Of a stretch of 64,000 bases of DNA, positions 7,935-18,270 are shown in pieces. The notes below the pieces were generated by a model. The model made no database searches and was not told the origin of the DNA. It saw only the letters and a program-made list of their open reading frames with translations. Numbering within the stretch: position 1 is the first letter of the stretch; each line of letters begins with the position of its first letter. Position numbers and translations under genes: made by a program. The DNA is from a virus, in IMG/VR virus record IMGVR_UViG_3300020195_000020, positions 1 through 64,000 of that record; one strand, written 5' to 3'.

Positions 7935-9481
7935 GAATTTCCGACGCCATCCCGCAAACGCTTGCGATTCCCCAGCACCGCATCGACGAGTATTTCGGCG
8001 TCTGGGCCGTGCTGGAGCACGAGTTTCGCGCGGGCATCGATCAGTTCTCGTCGGTCGATCTCAAGCTGCACCTGAGCGAGGCCATGGCTGCCCGCGGTGG
8101 TCAGCAGCAGCAGCAATCCAACATCGAATACGACGTAACTCCCAACGGCGTGGCGGTCGTGCGGTTGGAAGGCACCATGATGAAACATCAGTCGAGCTTT
8201 GGCGGCGCCTCGACGGTGCGGGTCAAGAATTCGCTACGAGCCGCTTCGCGTGACGAAAGCGTACGGGCCATCGCGCTAGTGATCGATTCGCCGGGCGGCA
8301 CCGTGTCGGGCACGTCCGACTTGGCTGCCGTCGTGGCGGGCATTGCGGCCAAGATGCCGCTTTATGCCTTCATCCAGGACACCGGCGCCAGTGCTGCCTA
8401 TTGGGTAGCGTCCAGCGCCACGAGGGTATTCGCCAATAGTGCCGAGGCCCGCGTGGGCTCGATCGGCACTTTCACGTCCCTGCAGGACAGCTCACGACGC
8501 TACGCGGAATTCGGCGTCGACGTCTACGTCGTCAACGACGGCGAGTTTAAGGGCATGGGCGAGCCGGGAACCAAGATCACTCCTGCCCACCTCGCGGCCA
8601 TGAAAGTCCTGATTACGGACATGAACAGCGAGTTTAAGGCCGCTGTGGCCACCGGCCGCAAGGTCAGCCAGGCCAAAGTCAACGAATGGGCCAACGGTCA
8701 AGTGTTCGTCGCCCGCAAGGCGCTGGCGATGGGAATGATCGACGGCGTCCAGAGTTTGGAAGCAACGCTCGAACAGTTGGCCGTGGCCAAGCCGCCCCGC
8801 GCGGCTGCGCAACCCAAGGCCAGCGATAGGACCACCGCATCATCGGAGCGTTCCGATGTCACTCAAGCCGAGGAGGACTTTTCGATGGATCATCAGACCG
8901 CGTCCGCTCCGATCGCGCCCCCGCAAGCCACTGCCCCAGCGGCCGCCCCGGCGGTTGCGCAACCGGCGCCGGTTGCGCAGGCCACCGCACCGGTGACCGC
9001 TCCGGCCCCCGCCGCGACCGCCCAGCTCGTCGCCCAGCCGGTCGCCGGCGAATCGCCGGCCACGTTCCACCAGCTCAAGGCCGCCTGCTGGGGTGCCGAC
9101 TCGACGTTCATCGTCGCGCAGCTCGAGGCCAATGCGACGATCGAAAGCGCCCAACGGGCGTGGCAAACCGAGTTGGTCCGTCAGCGCGACGAGGCCAACA
9201 GCAAGGCGGCGGCCGCGACGACGACCGCCACGAACGCGCAGCAGGCGCTGCAGAAGCCGGGCGTGCCGGCACCCAAGGCGACCAACGCCGCGGGCAACTC
9301 CCAGGTTAGCGCCGCCGACCCGACCGACGCGTTCAACGAGGCCGTGGCCGAGTACACGGCCAAGGGCAAATCGCGGCCCGACGCCGTCAAGGCCGTGATC
9401 GCCAACAAGCCGGACGTCTACCAGGCGTTCCTTGTGGCCACCAACGTGGCCGCCGGTCGCCCGGTGCCGCAGCTCAACTAG
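7931..9481 (+). CDS. S49 (SppA/gpC-like) prohead protease with C-terminal scaffold region
   Basis: IDSPGG, ASAAYWVAS and VGSIG motifs. Ala/Pro-rich tail with an internal GAGGAGG-ATG near 8885 (Nu3-like nested scaffold). Confidence 0.92.
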   Translation: MRISDAIPQTLAIPQHRIDEYFGVWAVLEHEFRAGIDQFSSVDLKLHLSEAMAARGGQQQQQSNIEYDVTPNGVAVVRLEGTMMKHQSSFGGASTVRVKNSLRAASRDESVRAIALVIDSPGGTVSGTSDLAAVVAGIAAKMPLYAFIQDTGASAAYWVASSATRVFANSAEARVGSIGTFTSLQDSSRRYAEFGVDVYVVNDGEFKGMGEPGTKITPAHLAAMKVLITDMNSEFKAAVATGRKVSQAKVNEWANGQVFVARKALAMGMIDGVQSLEATLEQLAVAKPPRAAAQPKASDRTTASSERSDVTQAEEDFSMDHQTASAPIAPPQATAPAAAPAVAQPAPVAQATAPVTAPAPAATAQLVAQPVAGESPATFHQLKAACWGADSTFIVAQLEANATIESAQRAWQTELVRQRDEANSKAAAATTTATNAQQALQKPGVPAPKATNAAGNSQVSAADPTDAFNEAVAEYTAKGKSRPDAVKAVIANKPDVYQAFLVATNVAAGRPVPQLN

Positions 9482-9573
9482 AGCCAGACAGTACCCGAGG
9501 TGCCGGCCTGACCGCCGGCGGGAGCTGCGTAGTTTAGAAATCGCAAATAGCCTCCAACTCAGGAGTTATCGTT

Positions 9574-10413
9574 ATGGCTCAACAGCGAGTCGACACTGGT
9601 TTTCGAACCTTCGTGGCCTCGGCGGCAATCGCCGAGTTCCTGCGGGTCAAGCTGAACTCGTCCGGACAACTGGCCGTCGCCGGTGCCAATGATCTGGGCA
9701 TCGGCTTCACGGAAGACGAAGCCTTCGCCGCGCTCGACCAGGTCGGGGTTTGCCTGCACTCCAAGCAAGGCACCTCGTGGGGCTTGGCCAGCGGCTCGAT
9801 CACGGTCGGTGCTCGGGTCTACCCGGCGGCGGCCGGCAAGGTCAGCGCCTCGGGCTCTGGCATGCCGATCTGGATCGCCGGCCAAACGGTTGGCGATGGC
9901 GAGATCGTGGAACTGATTCCGTTCCACAATCCGGGCGTCTCGGCGGGCATTGTGGCCGCGTCCACCGCGATCGCCAGCACGAACGTCGAAGCCGCCTTCG
10001 ACCAGACCGTGCCGATCCCGGCCAACTTCCTGCGTGCGGGCGACGTCCTGCGCGTGCGGGCCCTGGTCAGCGGCATCGGCGTTACCGCGACCCCGACCCT
10101 GACCCTCAAGGTCAAGATCGGCACCGTTGTGGTTTGCACCACGGGCGCCCTGACGGTGGCCGCGAACGACATCGGCGTGATCGACATCGACATTGTGCTG
10201 CGGACGGTCGGCGCCAGCGGCACCGTGATCGCGGGTGGCATGTTCAATCTCGGCGTGCCCGGGACCGCCAGCACGAAGGCCGTTTCCGCGGCCTCGGCCG
10301 CGATCGACACCACGGCGGCCTGTGACATTTCGGTCACCGCCACCTGGAGCGCGTCGAGCTCCAGCAACACCTGCCGGCTCGACATTCTCGACGTGACTCG
10401 GGTCACGGCCTAA
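9574..10413 (+). CDS. Head decoration/cement protein (DUF2190-like N-terminus plus beta-rich extension)
   Basis: Lies between protease and capsid. A.G.I..GA.VY.AA.GKV motif. Confidence 0.7.
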   Translation: MAQQRVDTGFRTFVASAAIAEFLRVKLNSSGQLAVAGANDLGIGFTEDEAFAALDQVGVCLHSKQGTSWGLASGSITVGARVYPAAAGKVSASGSGMPIWIAGQTVGDGEIVELIPFHNPGVSAGIVAASTAIASTNVEAAFDQTVPIPANFLRAGDVLRVRALVSGIGVTATPTLTLKVKIGTVVVCTTGALTVAANDIGVIDIDIVLRTVGASGTVIAGGMFNLGVPGTASTKAVSAASAAIDTTAACDISVTATWSASSSSNTCRLDILDVTRVTA

Positions 10414-10466
10414 GAGCCAAGACGGCGTTCGTTTCACGAATTCACTGAGGACTTGAGGAACACGGG

Positions 10467-10596
10467 GCCGCCCGACGACTCGGGCGGCAAACCAGATCGA
10501 AGGGTTGAAAAGCGGGAGTAGCTACCCGCCAGACAGCCATGAACTGTTGCTGGCCTTTCATGGGGGCCGCGCGATCGACGTGCGGCCCCATTTTTT
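10467..10596 (+). ncRNA. Candidate structured RNA (three-stem junction, c4-antisense-like) followed by an intrinsic terminator
   Basis: Hairpin 10467-10488. P1 10499-10506/10552-10559, P2 GCGGG-AGTAGCTA-CCCGC, P3 GACAG-CCATGAA-CTGTT. Terminator stem 10563-10589 plus T6. Confidence 0.5.
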
Positions 10597-10611
10597 GAAA
10601 GGATTAGCGAC

Positions 10612-11601
10612 ATGGGAGCTCCCACTACCGCTCTCGGCACTCTCCGACCCGAAATCGCGGCCAGCTTCGAAGAGTTTGGCCTGGAAGAAGATCGCCGCAA
10701 TTTCATCGGGACGCGTGTCGCCCCGGTGACCGAGGTGATGGAATCGGGCGGCGCCTTTGGCCGCATCCCGATCGAGCAACTGCTGGAAAACCCGGACGTC
10801 GCGCGGGCGCCGGGAACCGGCTACCACCGCGGCAAGTGGAAGTTCGAGCCGGACACCTACGTGACCCAGGAGTATGGTCATGAGGAGCCGGTCGACCGCA
10901 ACACCGCGAAGAAGTATCGCAACTACTTCGACGCCGAACTGATCGCCAGCAAGCGGGCGATGGACATCGTGTTGCGAGCCGCCGAGGTTCGCTGGGCCGC
11001 GAAGATCTTCAACACGACGACTTGGAACGGCGCTTCGTTGACCACGAACATTTCCGTGCCCTGGTCGACCATTGCGTCGGCTGTGCCGATCGCCGACGTG
11101 GAAGCGGCCGTCAACAAGGTCTACGACAACAGCGGCGTTTGGCCCAACACCCTGATCTTGACCAAGAAGGCGTTCCGGTATCTGCGTCGCTGCGACCAGA
11201 TCATCAGCCTGATCAAGTATTCGGGCAACCACAACCCGACCGCGTCCGGTATCACGGCGGATGTGCTGGCCGAGGTCTTCGACCTCGAGCAAGTGATCGT
11301 CGCCGGCGGCACCAAGAACACGGCGGGCAAGGGTCCCGGCATCGCGGCCACTCCGGCCTCGCTCTGGGATGCCACCAAGGCCATGGTCTGCTACGTCGCC
11401 CCCTCGGGCGAAATGTCGGACCTCTCTCGGCCGACGCTGGCCCGCACGTTCCATTGGGACGAGGACGGCAGCTTGATCGGTGGCGCGTTCGAGAGCTACG
11501 AGGACCCGGCGATCCGCGGTCAATGGTATCGCTGCCGCCACCAGGTGGGCGAGAAGATCATGTACAAGGAGCTTGGCCACCTGCTGACCAACGTGACCTG
11601 A
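10612..11601 (+). CDS. Major capsid protein (gpE-like, HK97 fold)
   Basis: 329 aa, expected position. FIG.RVAP, RAPGT, P..D.......V....G..PN.LIL motifs. Confidence 0.88.
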   Translation: MGAPTTALGTLRPEIAASFEEFGLEEDRRNFIGTRVAPVTEVMESGGAFGRIPIEQLLENPDVARAPGTGYHRGKWKFEPDTYVTQEYGHEEPVDRNTAKKYRNYFDAELIASKRAMDIVLRAAEVRWAAKIFNTTTWNGASLTTNISVPWSTIASAVPIADVEAAVNKVYDNSGVWPNTLILTKKAFRYLRRCDQIISLIKYSGNHNPTASGITADVLAEVFDLEQVIVAGGTKNTAGKGPGIAATPASLWDATKAMVCYVAPSGEMSDLSRPTLARTFHWDEDGSLIGGAFESYEDPAIRGQWYRCRHQVGEKIMYKELGHLLTNVT

Positions 11602-11708
11602 TCCACGCTGGTGTGACGGCGTCGCAATCGCAAGCGGCGCACGGTCGGGAAACCGGCCGTGCGCCCTTTTCCACCTCACTGTTTTGCGCCGACGGGCGCG
11701 GGTGCGCA

Positions 11709-12143
11709 ATGGGTCTTTCCGACAAGCTCTGGGCCGGCATCGGCATCCACCAGGTGCTTGCGCATCACCGGAAAACCGTTGTGCACTACCCGGGCGGCAA
11801 GCTCCCAAATACGAACCTTCCCGCGGGAGTCACGATCACCAATGCCCTGGTCGCGTTCGACACGATGATGGGCACCAACGAAATGAGCGGCGACGGCGCG
11901 ATCACTCGAGACGATTCGGGCGATCGTGAGCGCCGCACCGGGCACCTGGAGGTGCCGATGAGCGTCGAGGTCACTGAAAAAGACTTGTGGCTGATCGACG
12001 GCGACATCTGGACCACGCAGCGCATGGACGCCAAAGACTCGGGAACGGACGCACAGATGCAGGGTTGGCGGATCACCAGCAAGCTGGGCCGTCGCACGCA
12101 ACACGCACTACCGAAGACCGACCGACCGCTGCGTCGGGGCTGA
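11709..12143 (+). CDS. Head-tail joining/closure protein (putative)
   Basis: Start moved to ATG 11709. Follows the capsid gene. D.W.IDG..W beta-barrel pattern. Confidence 0.55.
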   Translation: MGLSDKLWAGIGIHQVLAHHRKTVVHYPGGKLPNTNLPAGVTITNALVAFDTMMGTNEMSGDGAITRDDSGDRERRTGHLEVPMSVEVTEKDLWLIDGDIWTTQRMDAKDSGTDAQMQGWRITSKLGRRTQHALPKTDRPLRRG

Positions 12144-12144
12144 A

Positions 12145-12744
12145 ATGGCGATCACGCTCAATACCACGAACTTCTCACTGCCGCGGATTCGTCTGTGCGA
12201 GCTCGTTGCCGCCTGCCCGTCGTTTCAGCAAGCGGTGGGCGTATCACCCAGCTCGAGCACGCCGCAGCTCGATGCCATGGCCCACGTGCTCTCGCCTTTT
12301 AGCGACGACCACGTTGTCAATGGCGTCATGGCCAACCCACGGCCGCGGGCCACGATCAATATCAATCGCTACACGCGGCACAAGCGTGGCACCGCCTTTG
12401 GCGCCAGCCAAGGTGGGCTAATTCTGTGCTTTGAGTTTCTCCCCAAGACTGAGCCCGTCATTATCGCGCCGCCCTTCGGTACAGAAGATTGGAACATCCA
12501 GGATCCCAACGAGCGGCTGGCCCACTTCGAAGAGCAGATTGGCAAGATCCTCGACGAAATGGAGGCGCGTGTTGCCCAGGACAAAGCGCCGGGCGACGCG
12601 ATCTTCACGGCCAGCGAGAACCCCGCGACCACCCATTTAAACCAGATCACGATCGACCTGGTGGCCGGGCCGGCAGAGTGCAACGAGCAGGAAGAAGAGG
12701 GCGACTTGTTCATGACCGCGATTTTCCTGGTGGACTACCAGTAA
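12145..12744 (+). CDS. Neck/tail-terminator-like protein (putative)
   Basis: Synteny and tight coupling only. Confidence 0.5.
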   Translation: MAITLNTTNFSLPRIRLCELVAACPSFQQAVGVSPSSSTPQLDAMAHVLSPFSDDHVVNGVMANPRPRATININRYTRHKRGTAFGASQGGLILCFEFLPKTEPVIIAPPFGTEDWNIQDPNERLAHFEEQIGKILDEMEARVAQDKAPGDAIFTASENPATTHLNQITIDLVAGPAECNEQEEEGDLFMTAIFLVDYQ

Positions 12745-12754
12745 GGGTTACGCC

Positions 12755-13348
12755 ATGCCGCGGATGAGCACACTGCCGAACCTGACCATCACGATCGGAA
12801 TGTCGGATGGTTTCTATCAATTGGTCAGCGGCGATCGGCTTTGGAATATCTACGCGCGGGCGGCGCTGGCGCACCAATTGATCAAGCACCACGAGACCCG
12901 CATTCCCAAGCACTTTCGGCTAGGGGCTCGTGGCACTTACCAGTACCACCGCCGTCGCAAATCGACGGAGCGGAAGAAGGTCAAGTATTGGCGCAAACCG
13001 CCGAACCTTGACTTGGTCCGCAGCGGCCAGACGAGCCTGGCCGTCATGCGGAAACGAACGATCACGTTTGCCGGTTCATTCGGTGGCCCGAAAGGGGCCG
13101 GCACGTTGCAGGGGCGGCTGAATATGTTCCTGCCCTACCCGTTGCGGCGCAACGACAAAGTAGGCGGCATTTCGCCCGAGGACATCGCGGCTGAGATCAC
13201 GTCGACTACCGACCAAGAGGCTCAGGAGATCGCGGAGGGCTATCGAGACGACCTCGCGCACCAAATCAACAGCTACCACGGCCCGATGCGCGTGCAGCGG
13301 CCCGGCGGCGGTGTCAACGGACTGGTCAACGCCCTGATGGGGCGCTAG
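12755..13348 (+). CDS. Basic virion morphogenesis/tail completion protein (putative)
   Basis: Arg/Lys-rich with an LVRSG motif, in the neck cluster. Confidence 0.55.
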   Translation: MPRMSTLPNLTITIGMSDGFYQLVSGDRLWNIYARAALAHQLIKHHETRIPKHFRLGARGTYQYHRRRKSTERKKVKYWRKPPNLDLVRSGQTSLAVMRKRTITFAGSFGGPKGAGTLQGRLNMFLPYPLRRNDKVGGISPEDIAAEITSTTDQEAQEIAEGYRDDLAHQINSYHGPMRVQRPGGGVNGLVNALMGR

Positions 13349-13364
13349 CAAAAGGAGTGATGCC

Positions 13365-14330
13365 ATGAGTTTTGATCGCTACGGAATCTATGCGGCTCGG
13401 ATTGGCGACATCCTGCTGCGCGACCTGTCGGACATAAGCTGGCGCTCGGCGAGCAAAAAGTCGGTCGTGATTCCTGGCGGCGACGTCCACCCGCGGGCGA
13501 TTGTCAACTGCTGCGCCGACCCGGTCATGGACTTCTCGACCAAAGCCCTCGACGCGCTCTTCGCCGGGGCCGCCACCGTCGACCCCTGGATCGGCTACGC
13601 CGTCAACACGGCCGGCTCGCCTAGCACCCCCTCGGCCCTGCTGCAATTTCAGAAACGGGTGGACGGCTCGACCTTCGCCAGCGGCGCGAATCACATCGTG
13701 GGCACCAACACCAAGGGGTTCCTGAACCCGGTCAGTATCTCGGCCCAGCAGGACGACGAGGCCGGCGTTAAGTGCATGCTGTCCTACTCGATTCTGTCGA
13801 CCGACGGCATGACACCGCCGATGACATGGAGCAACGCGGCGGCCCTGACCAGCGTGCCCAACTTCGACGGCATCTGGTTCCTGGGCCCGGCGACGATTGG
13901 CGTCGTCGGCAGTGCGGGAATCTTCCTGGGCAGTCTGCAAAGCATGGAGCTCCGCTTCGGCATCAATTACCGCTCGCCGCGCGGCGATGGCAACGTCTAT
14001 CCGGTCAACGGCTCGGTGCACTCGGTCGTGCCGGAGATCCGCTTCACGCTCTTGAACTTCCAGACGGACGTGTTTGCCATGGCTTATCCCTGGGGCTCGG
14101 CTTACTCCCAGGTCGGCGAGTGCGCCTTCCAGTTTTACCTGCAAAAGGGCGTGCATGGCGGGGCCCGAGTGTCCAGCGACGTCGCCGAGCATATCGCGAT
14201 CATCACGCACACGGGTGAGCGGACGCCCGAGACGTGCTCAGTGCGCGAGATTGACGACGCCCAGGTCGAAATCGTCCTGCGGCCGACCGGTGGCATCTTC
14301 ATCGCGGTGCAACAGACGATCTCGTTCTAG
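13365..14330 (+). CDS. Major tail (tube) protein, putative
   Basis: AAGGAG RBS, beta-rich 321 aa, upstream of the chaperone and tape measure genes. Confidence 0.55.
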   Translation: MSFDRYGIYAARIGDILLRDLSDISWRSASKKSVVIPGGDVHPRAIVNCCADPVMDFSTKALDALFAGAATVDPWIGYAVNTAGSPSTPSALLQFQKRVDGSTFASGANHIVGTNTKGFLNPVSISAQQDDEAGVKCMLSYSILSTDGMTPPMTWSNAAALTSVPNFDGIWFLGPATIGVVGSAGIFLGSLQSMELRFGINYRSPRGDGNVYPVNGSVHSVVPEIRFTLLNFQTDVFAMAYPWGSAYSQVGECAFQFYLQKGVHGGARVSSDVAEHIAIITHTGERTPETCSVREIDDAQVEIVLRPTGGIFIAVQQTISF

Positions 14331-14380
14331 CGTTCGGGGGTCGGTTTCCTCTTTACCAGCTTTCATCACGCGGGGTCGCC

Positions 14381-15700
14381 ATGGCTCTCAATTACACGAC
14401 GCTGTTCACCAATCGGATCGGCAACGGGTTCTACCTGCTGAACCTGTGCAATGAATTCCGTGGGGCCGCCGGCAGCGGTGCGATCGCCACTGATCTGGTC
14501 ACCGAATGGCAGGCGTTCGTCACGACCTACGACGGTGAGAACGCGCTGCTGCGCGCGGCCCTGGGCGATTCAACTGGCAGGCTCACGACGGCTTTGGGCG
14601 GCCTGGACGACATGACGAGTTGGATCGCGACGTCGCTATCGAACACGATCATCGAAATGATCGACGCCCAGAATCAGCTCTCCAAGAAGGAGATCAGCGA
14701 GGCCATGCAGGGACTGATCGACTTCATGGTCGCGGACGGTAAGACGGTCGACGCCAACGCCGTGACCGCCGCGGCCACTGCCGGCACCAACTCGGGCACC
14801 GGCACGATCGTGTTGAGCACGAAGGACGCCAACGGCAAGACGCTCGAGTATTGCTACGACGAGACGATCGACGTCACGTTTACGACCACGACCCAGGCGA
14901 AGTTTGTCGGCGAGGCCCGAGCCAAGAGCCTGCTCAGTTACCAGTTCCCGCTCGGGAGTGGCGCCTCGAAGAGCCTGACGCCGGCCGACGCGGCCAGCAC
15001 CAGCGGCATCCTGACCAATGGCACATTGGACGCGATTGTCGCCAACACGCCCACCGGCTGGACGATCATCAACGGCACCGCCGGCACGAATATCCTGGAA
15101 GAGGCGTCGGTTGTCTTCAAGGCCGGCAAGGCCGTAAAGTTCGTCGGCAACGGCTCGGCCACCCCAGGCATCACGCAGACCATTACCGGGCTCAAGAGTC
15201 GGACGCCCTATGCGGTCAATTTCTGGGGCAAAGTCGACTCGACCCCGGCCGCCGGCGTGATCACGGTCGATCTGTACGACGGCTCCGGCATCATCAACGA
15301 CGAGGCCGGGAATGCCAACTCGTTCACGGTCGACTTGACCGCGATCGGCACCAGCTATGTGCCCAAGGGCGGATTCTTCCGCCTGCCCGAACCGGTGCCG
15401 TCGACCGTGACCCTGCGGATCCGCGAGAGCACGGCCCTGTCGAACACCAAGAACTTCTATCTGGACCACGTCCAGATGATCGCCGGCACCCAGCTCTACT
15501 CTGGCGGACCGTATGCCGCCGCGTTTGTCGGATCGGTCGCATTCAGCACCGACGACACGTTTTCGGTGGCCGTCACGAACGACTATGGCGGCGCGGTGCA
15601 GACGCTGTTCTGGCGCTGCTTTGACATGCCCACCAAGGGGCTGGTCCTGCCGAGCAACGCCGCCGGCAGCGAGAACATTCTGGACTCGATTATCGCGTAA
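14381..15700 (+). CDS. Tail-associated protein with a CBM4/9-like carbohydrate-binding domain
   Basis: L.NG.......P.GW...ITQTITGL....Y.V.FW.K...YLD.V pattern. Confidence 0.6.
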   Translation: MALNYTTLFTNRIGNGFYLLNLCNEFRGAAGSGAIATDLVTEWQAFVTTYDGENALLRAALGDSTGRLTTALGGLDDMTSWIATSLSNTIIEMIDAQNQLSKKEISEAMQGLIDFMVADGKTVDANAVTAAATAGTNSGTGTIVLSTKDANGKTLEYCYDETIDVTFTTTTQAKFVGEARAKSLLSYQFPLGSGASKSLTPADAASTSGILTNGTLDAIVANTPTGWTIINGTAGTNILEEASVVFKAGKAVKFVGNGSATPGITQTITGLKSRTPYAVNFWGKVDSTPAAGVITVDLYDGSGIINDEAGNANSFTVDLTAIGTSYVPKGGFFRLPEPVPSTVTLRIRESTALSNTKNFYLDHVQMIAGTQLYSGGPYAAAFVGSVAFSTDDTFSVAVTNDYGGAVQTLFWRCFDMPTKGLVLPSNAAGSENILDSIIA

Positions 15701-15709
15701 GGAACCGTC

Positions 15710-16414
15710 ATGTCAGCGTATTTACTCTTCGTCGAAGGCGCGTCGCCCAACACCGCCAACGACTTGCCAAACCAACTGGGCATCGGGCAAATCGTCGGCC
15801 GCGGCGAGCCGGGGCTCCTCTGGGTGCATTGCCAGGCTGGCCCGGGCGGCAAGCCCGGCATGCTGGGCGGCTGGTGCGTTCACGCTGAAACGCCCACTTT
15901 CAATCCGGCCAAGCAAGAGTGGCGCCGTGCCCCGAGCGAGAACTTTTGGGTCGGCCAGTGGCGCGATCGCCCGCTCACGCCCGAGGACATCGTCCGGCAA
16001 AACGTCGGCGCAGTCTGCTACAGCGTGCCGCTGGAAGATGGCCAGAAGTGGCTGATTCCCGCCGCGCGGTGGCTGCCGCACCTCTGGACCATGAACAAGG
16101 AGCTGAAGCGCATCCGCGTGCCGGTGGCCGAGTATGTCGAGTTCTGTGAGCAGGCCGACGTCGTCTTCCAGGCGTTTGTGAAGAATGCCGCCGGCGGCCA
16201 ATTCGAGATCGAGTGCGAGTGGGAGTTTGTCTGCCGGGCGATCGAGATCAACTATCGGCTGGCGCCGGAGATCATCGCGACCCTGAAATTGATCGGCGAT
16301 CGCACGGGCAGCTCGATCCTCACGGCCGTGATCGAGTGGGAAGGAATCACCAAGGTGGTCCAGGAAAAAAAAAATGCGGAGTTAGCCACGACCGACGCTA
16401 CGCCACCTACGTGA
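15710..16414 (+). CDS. Tail assembly chaperone (gpG-like)
   Basis: Directly upstream of the tape measure gene. A10 slippery run at 16365-16374 near its 3' end. Confidence 0.75.
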   Translation: MSAYLLFVEGASPNTANDLPNQLGIGQIVGRGEPGLLWVHCQAGPGGKPGMLGGWCVHAETPTFNPAKQEWRRAPSENFWVGQWRDRPLTPEDIVRQNVGAVCYSVPLEDGQKWLIPAARWLPHLWTMNKELKRIRVPVAEYVEFCEQADVVFQAFVKNAAGGQFEIECEWEFVCRAIEINYRLAPEIIATLKLIGDRTGSSILTAVIEWEGITKVVQEKKNAELATTDATPPT

Positions 16415-16524
16415 CCTGGCGTAAGGGGTTGTTGCCCAGGCACGTGCCGACCTATTTCGACCGTTACTTTCTGCTGGAAGAGCACTCCACCGAAGAGCTG
16501 ATTCGGCAAGGTGGCAAGGGGTAA
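16365..16524 (+). CDS. -1 frameshift extension of the tail chaperone (gpGT-like)
   Basis: The -1 frame is open from the A10 run (KKCGVSHDRRY...) to a stop 3 nt before the tape measure ATG. Confidence 0.7.
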
Positions 16525-16527
16525 GCG

Positions 16528-18270
16528 ATGGGGCAGAAAGTCACCTTCACAATCGACGCCCAGCACGCTCCTGCGGTGGACGCGTTCCTGAAAGTCGCCC
16601 AGGCCGTGCAATTGACCGGCGGCCAGGGGCAAAAGGCCGGCCAGCAGATGCAGCAGGCCGGCGGTGCGGCCAGCGCCGCTTGGGAGAAGGGTCTCAACAT
16701 TATCTCCGGCTATCCGGCGGCTCTGGCCCGGATGGTGACCGGAGCGGCCGGCGTCTACGCCGTGATCGCCCAATTGCGGGCCGAGCTCGAACGGGTCGGC
16801 GAGCTGCAGAAGAAGGCCATGACCTCGATCGACACGGCCCAGGACCCTTATTACAAGGCCCGCCAGTCGGTCTCACCAGAGTATGCCAACAGCAAGCTGA
16901 GTCGCGTGCTCACCCGCGAGGGCATGCAAGCCTATGGCGACTCGGAGCCGGCGTCCTACCTGAACCTGCTGGCCAGCATGGAAAGTGCCCGGGGCGAATA
17001 CGGCCAGGTCGGCACGCACCGCGCGGCCAATGTCGTGGCCCAGGCGCGCGGCCGCATGAACATGGAGAACGAGTCGGCCACGGAGTTTGGCGGTGCCCTG
17101 CTGGACGCGATGAACGTCCAGAAGGCCCACGGCAAGAACTACACGCCCAAAGCTGTGGCCGGCAAGTTCATCAGCATGTACGGCGTGACGCGGTCGACCA
17201 ATATCCACGAGTTTGCCAAATACGACATGCGGACCATCAACACAATGGCCCGGTTCGGCTTCTCGATGGACCAGGCAATCGGCTTTCAGAGTGCGATCGC
17301 CGGCTCCAAGCCGGACCCGACCGGTCGAATCTCGGCCACTGGCATGGGCTTGCTGATGGGCGACATGGCCAAGGCGTACACCTATGCCCACCAGTACGGG
17401 ATGGGAATCAAAGGCCTGAACCCGGAAGACTACGAAAAGTCGGGCATGGGCATGTTCGACGTCGCCCGCGGGGACACCAAAACCGGTCGCGCGATGCAGG
17501 CCTATCTGTTCGGCGCGCGGGCCGGCAATAAGAAGGTCCGCGACCTGGCCATGGGCCTGCCGGACATGGGCCCGAGTTTCATGGGCCACGCGCGCGGCGA
17601 GAGTGGCTTCTTTGAGCTGGCTCGCGAGCTCTTGAACCCCAACGAGCAACTCTTCGGCCGAGCACAAGAGGCCTCCAGCCGCGTGGTTTCCGACGCCGAC
17701 GCCGAGAACTATTTCGACGAGATGATCAAGGGCACGCCGGGCGATCGGCACGAGGGTTACTACGCCAACCGGGCGGCCAGCCGCGGGGCATTGGCCGTCG
17801 GCAAGTGGGAGAACGTCGAGCAAGCGGCCCGCGGCAACGTCGTCGAGCTGCAGAGCGAGCTGGCCGACATCCTGGGCACGAGCGACATCGGCCAGAAGAT
17901 CGCCGGGACCCTGACCTCACTGCGGGCCAATGCTGCCGATCCGGCCATGCTCGGCAATCAGCAGCGCGAAGTGATCCAGGGGGGAATTGAATCGGTGCGG
18001 GCCGCCGCGGCCGACCGGGCCCGCATCAAGAAATACGGCGGCGAGCGAACCGCCTGGCTGCCGGACTACTTCAACCCGATCAGCGACAGTGAATCCAGCT
18101 CGCAAATGAACGAGCAGGAGCGGCTGCTTATCCAGACCCTAGAGCGGCTGATCGAGACACTGGCCAACCAGGAACTGACCGTCAAGGTCGAGGACCCGAC
18201 CGGCCGCCAGATGGGACGATCGACGTCGCGGCCGCGCGCCCTCGAGACGTTTAACGAGGACTCCGAATGA
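16528..18270 (+). CDS. Tape measure protein
   Basis: 580 aa, Ala/Gly/Met-rich and helical, follows the frameshifting chaperone. Confidence 0.75.
   Translation: MGQKVTFTIDAQHAPAVDAFLKVAQAVQLTGGQGQKAGQQMQQAGGAASAAWEKGLNIISGYPAALARMVTGAAGVYAVIAQLRAELERVGELQKKAMTSIDTAQDPYYKARQSVSPEYANSKLSRVLTREGMQAYGDSEPASYLNLLASMESARGEYGQVGTHRAANVVAQARGRMNMENESATEFGGALLDAMNVQKAHGKNYTPKAVAGKFISMYGVTRSTNIHEFAKYDMRTINTMARFGFSMDQAIGFQSAIAGSKPDPTGRISATGMGLLMGDMAKAYTYAHQYGMGIKGLNPEDYEKSGMGMFDVARGDTKTGRAMQAYLFGARAGNKKVRDLAMGLPDMGPSFMGHARGESGFFELARELLNPNEQLFGRAQEASSRVVSDADAENYFDEMIKGTPGDRHEGYYANRAASRGALAVGKWENVEQAARGNVVELQSELADILGTSDIGQKIAGTLTSLRANAADPAMLGNQQREVIQGGIESVRAAAADRARIKKYGGERTAWLPDYFNPISDSESSSQMNEQERLLIQTLERLIETLANQELTVKVEDPTGRQMGRSTSRPRALETFNEDSE

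Noticed and set aside
10612-11601. Encapsulin with peroxidase cargo
   Set aside because: The capsid gene sits in a full terminase-portal-protease-tail operon. The peroxidase is 44 kb away and has a signal peptide.
16365-16374. A10 run as a sequencing error or pseudogene
   Set aside because: Position and frame match the conserved tail-chaperone frameshift.
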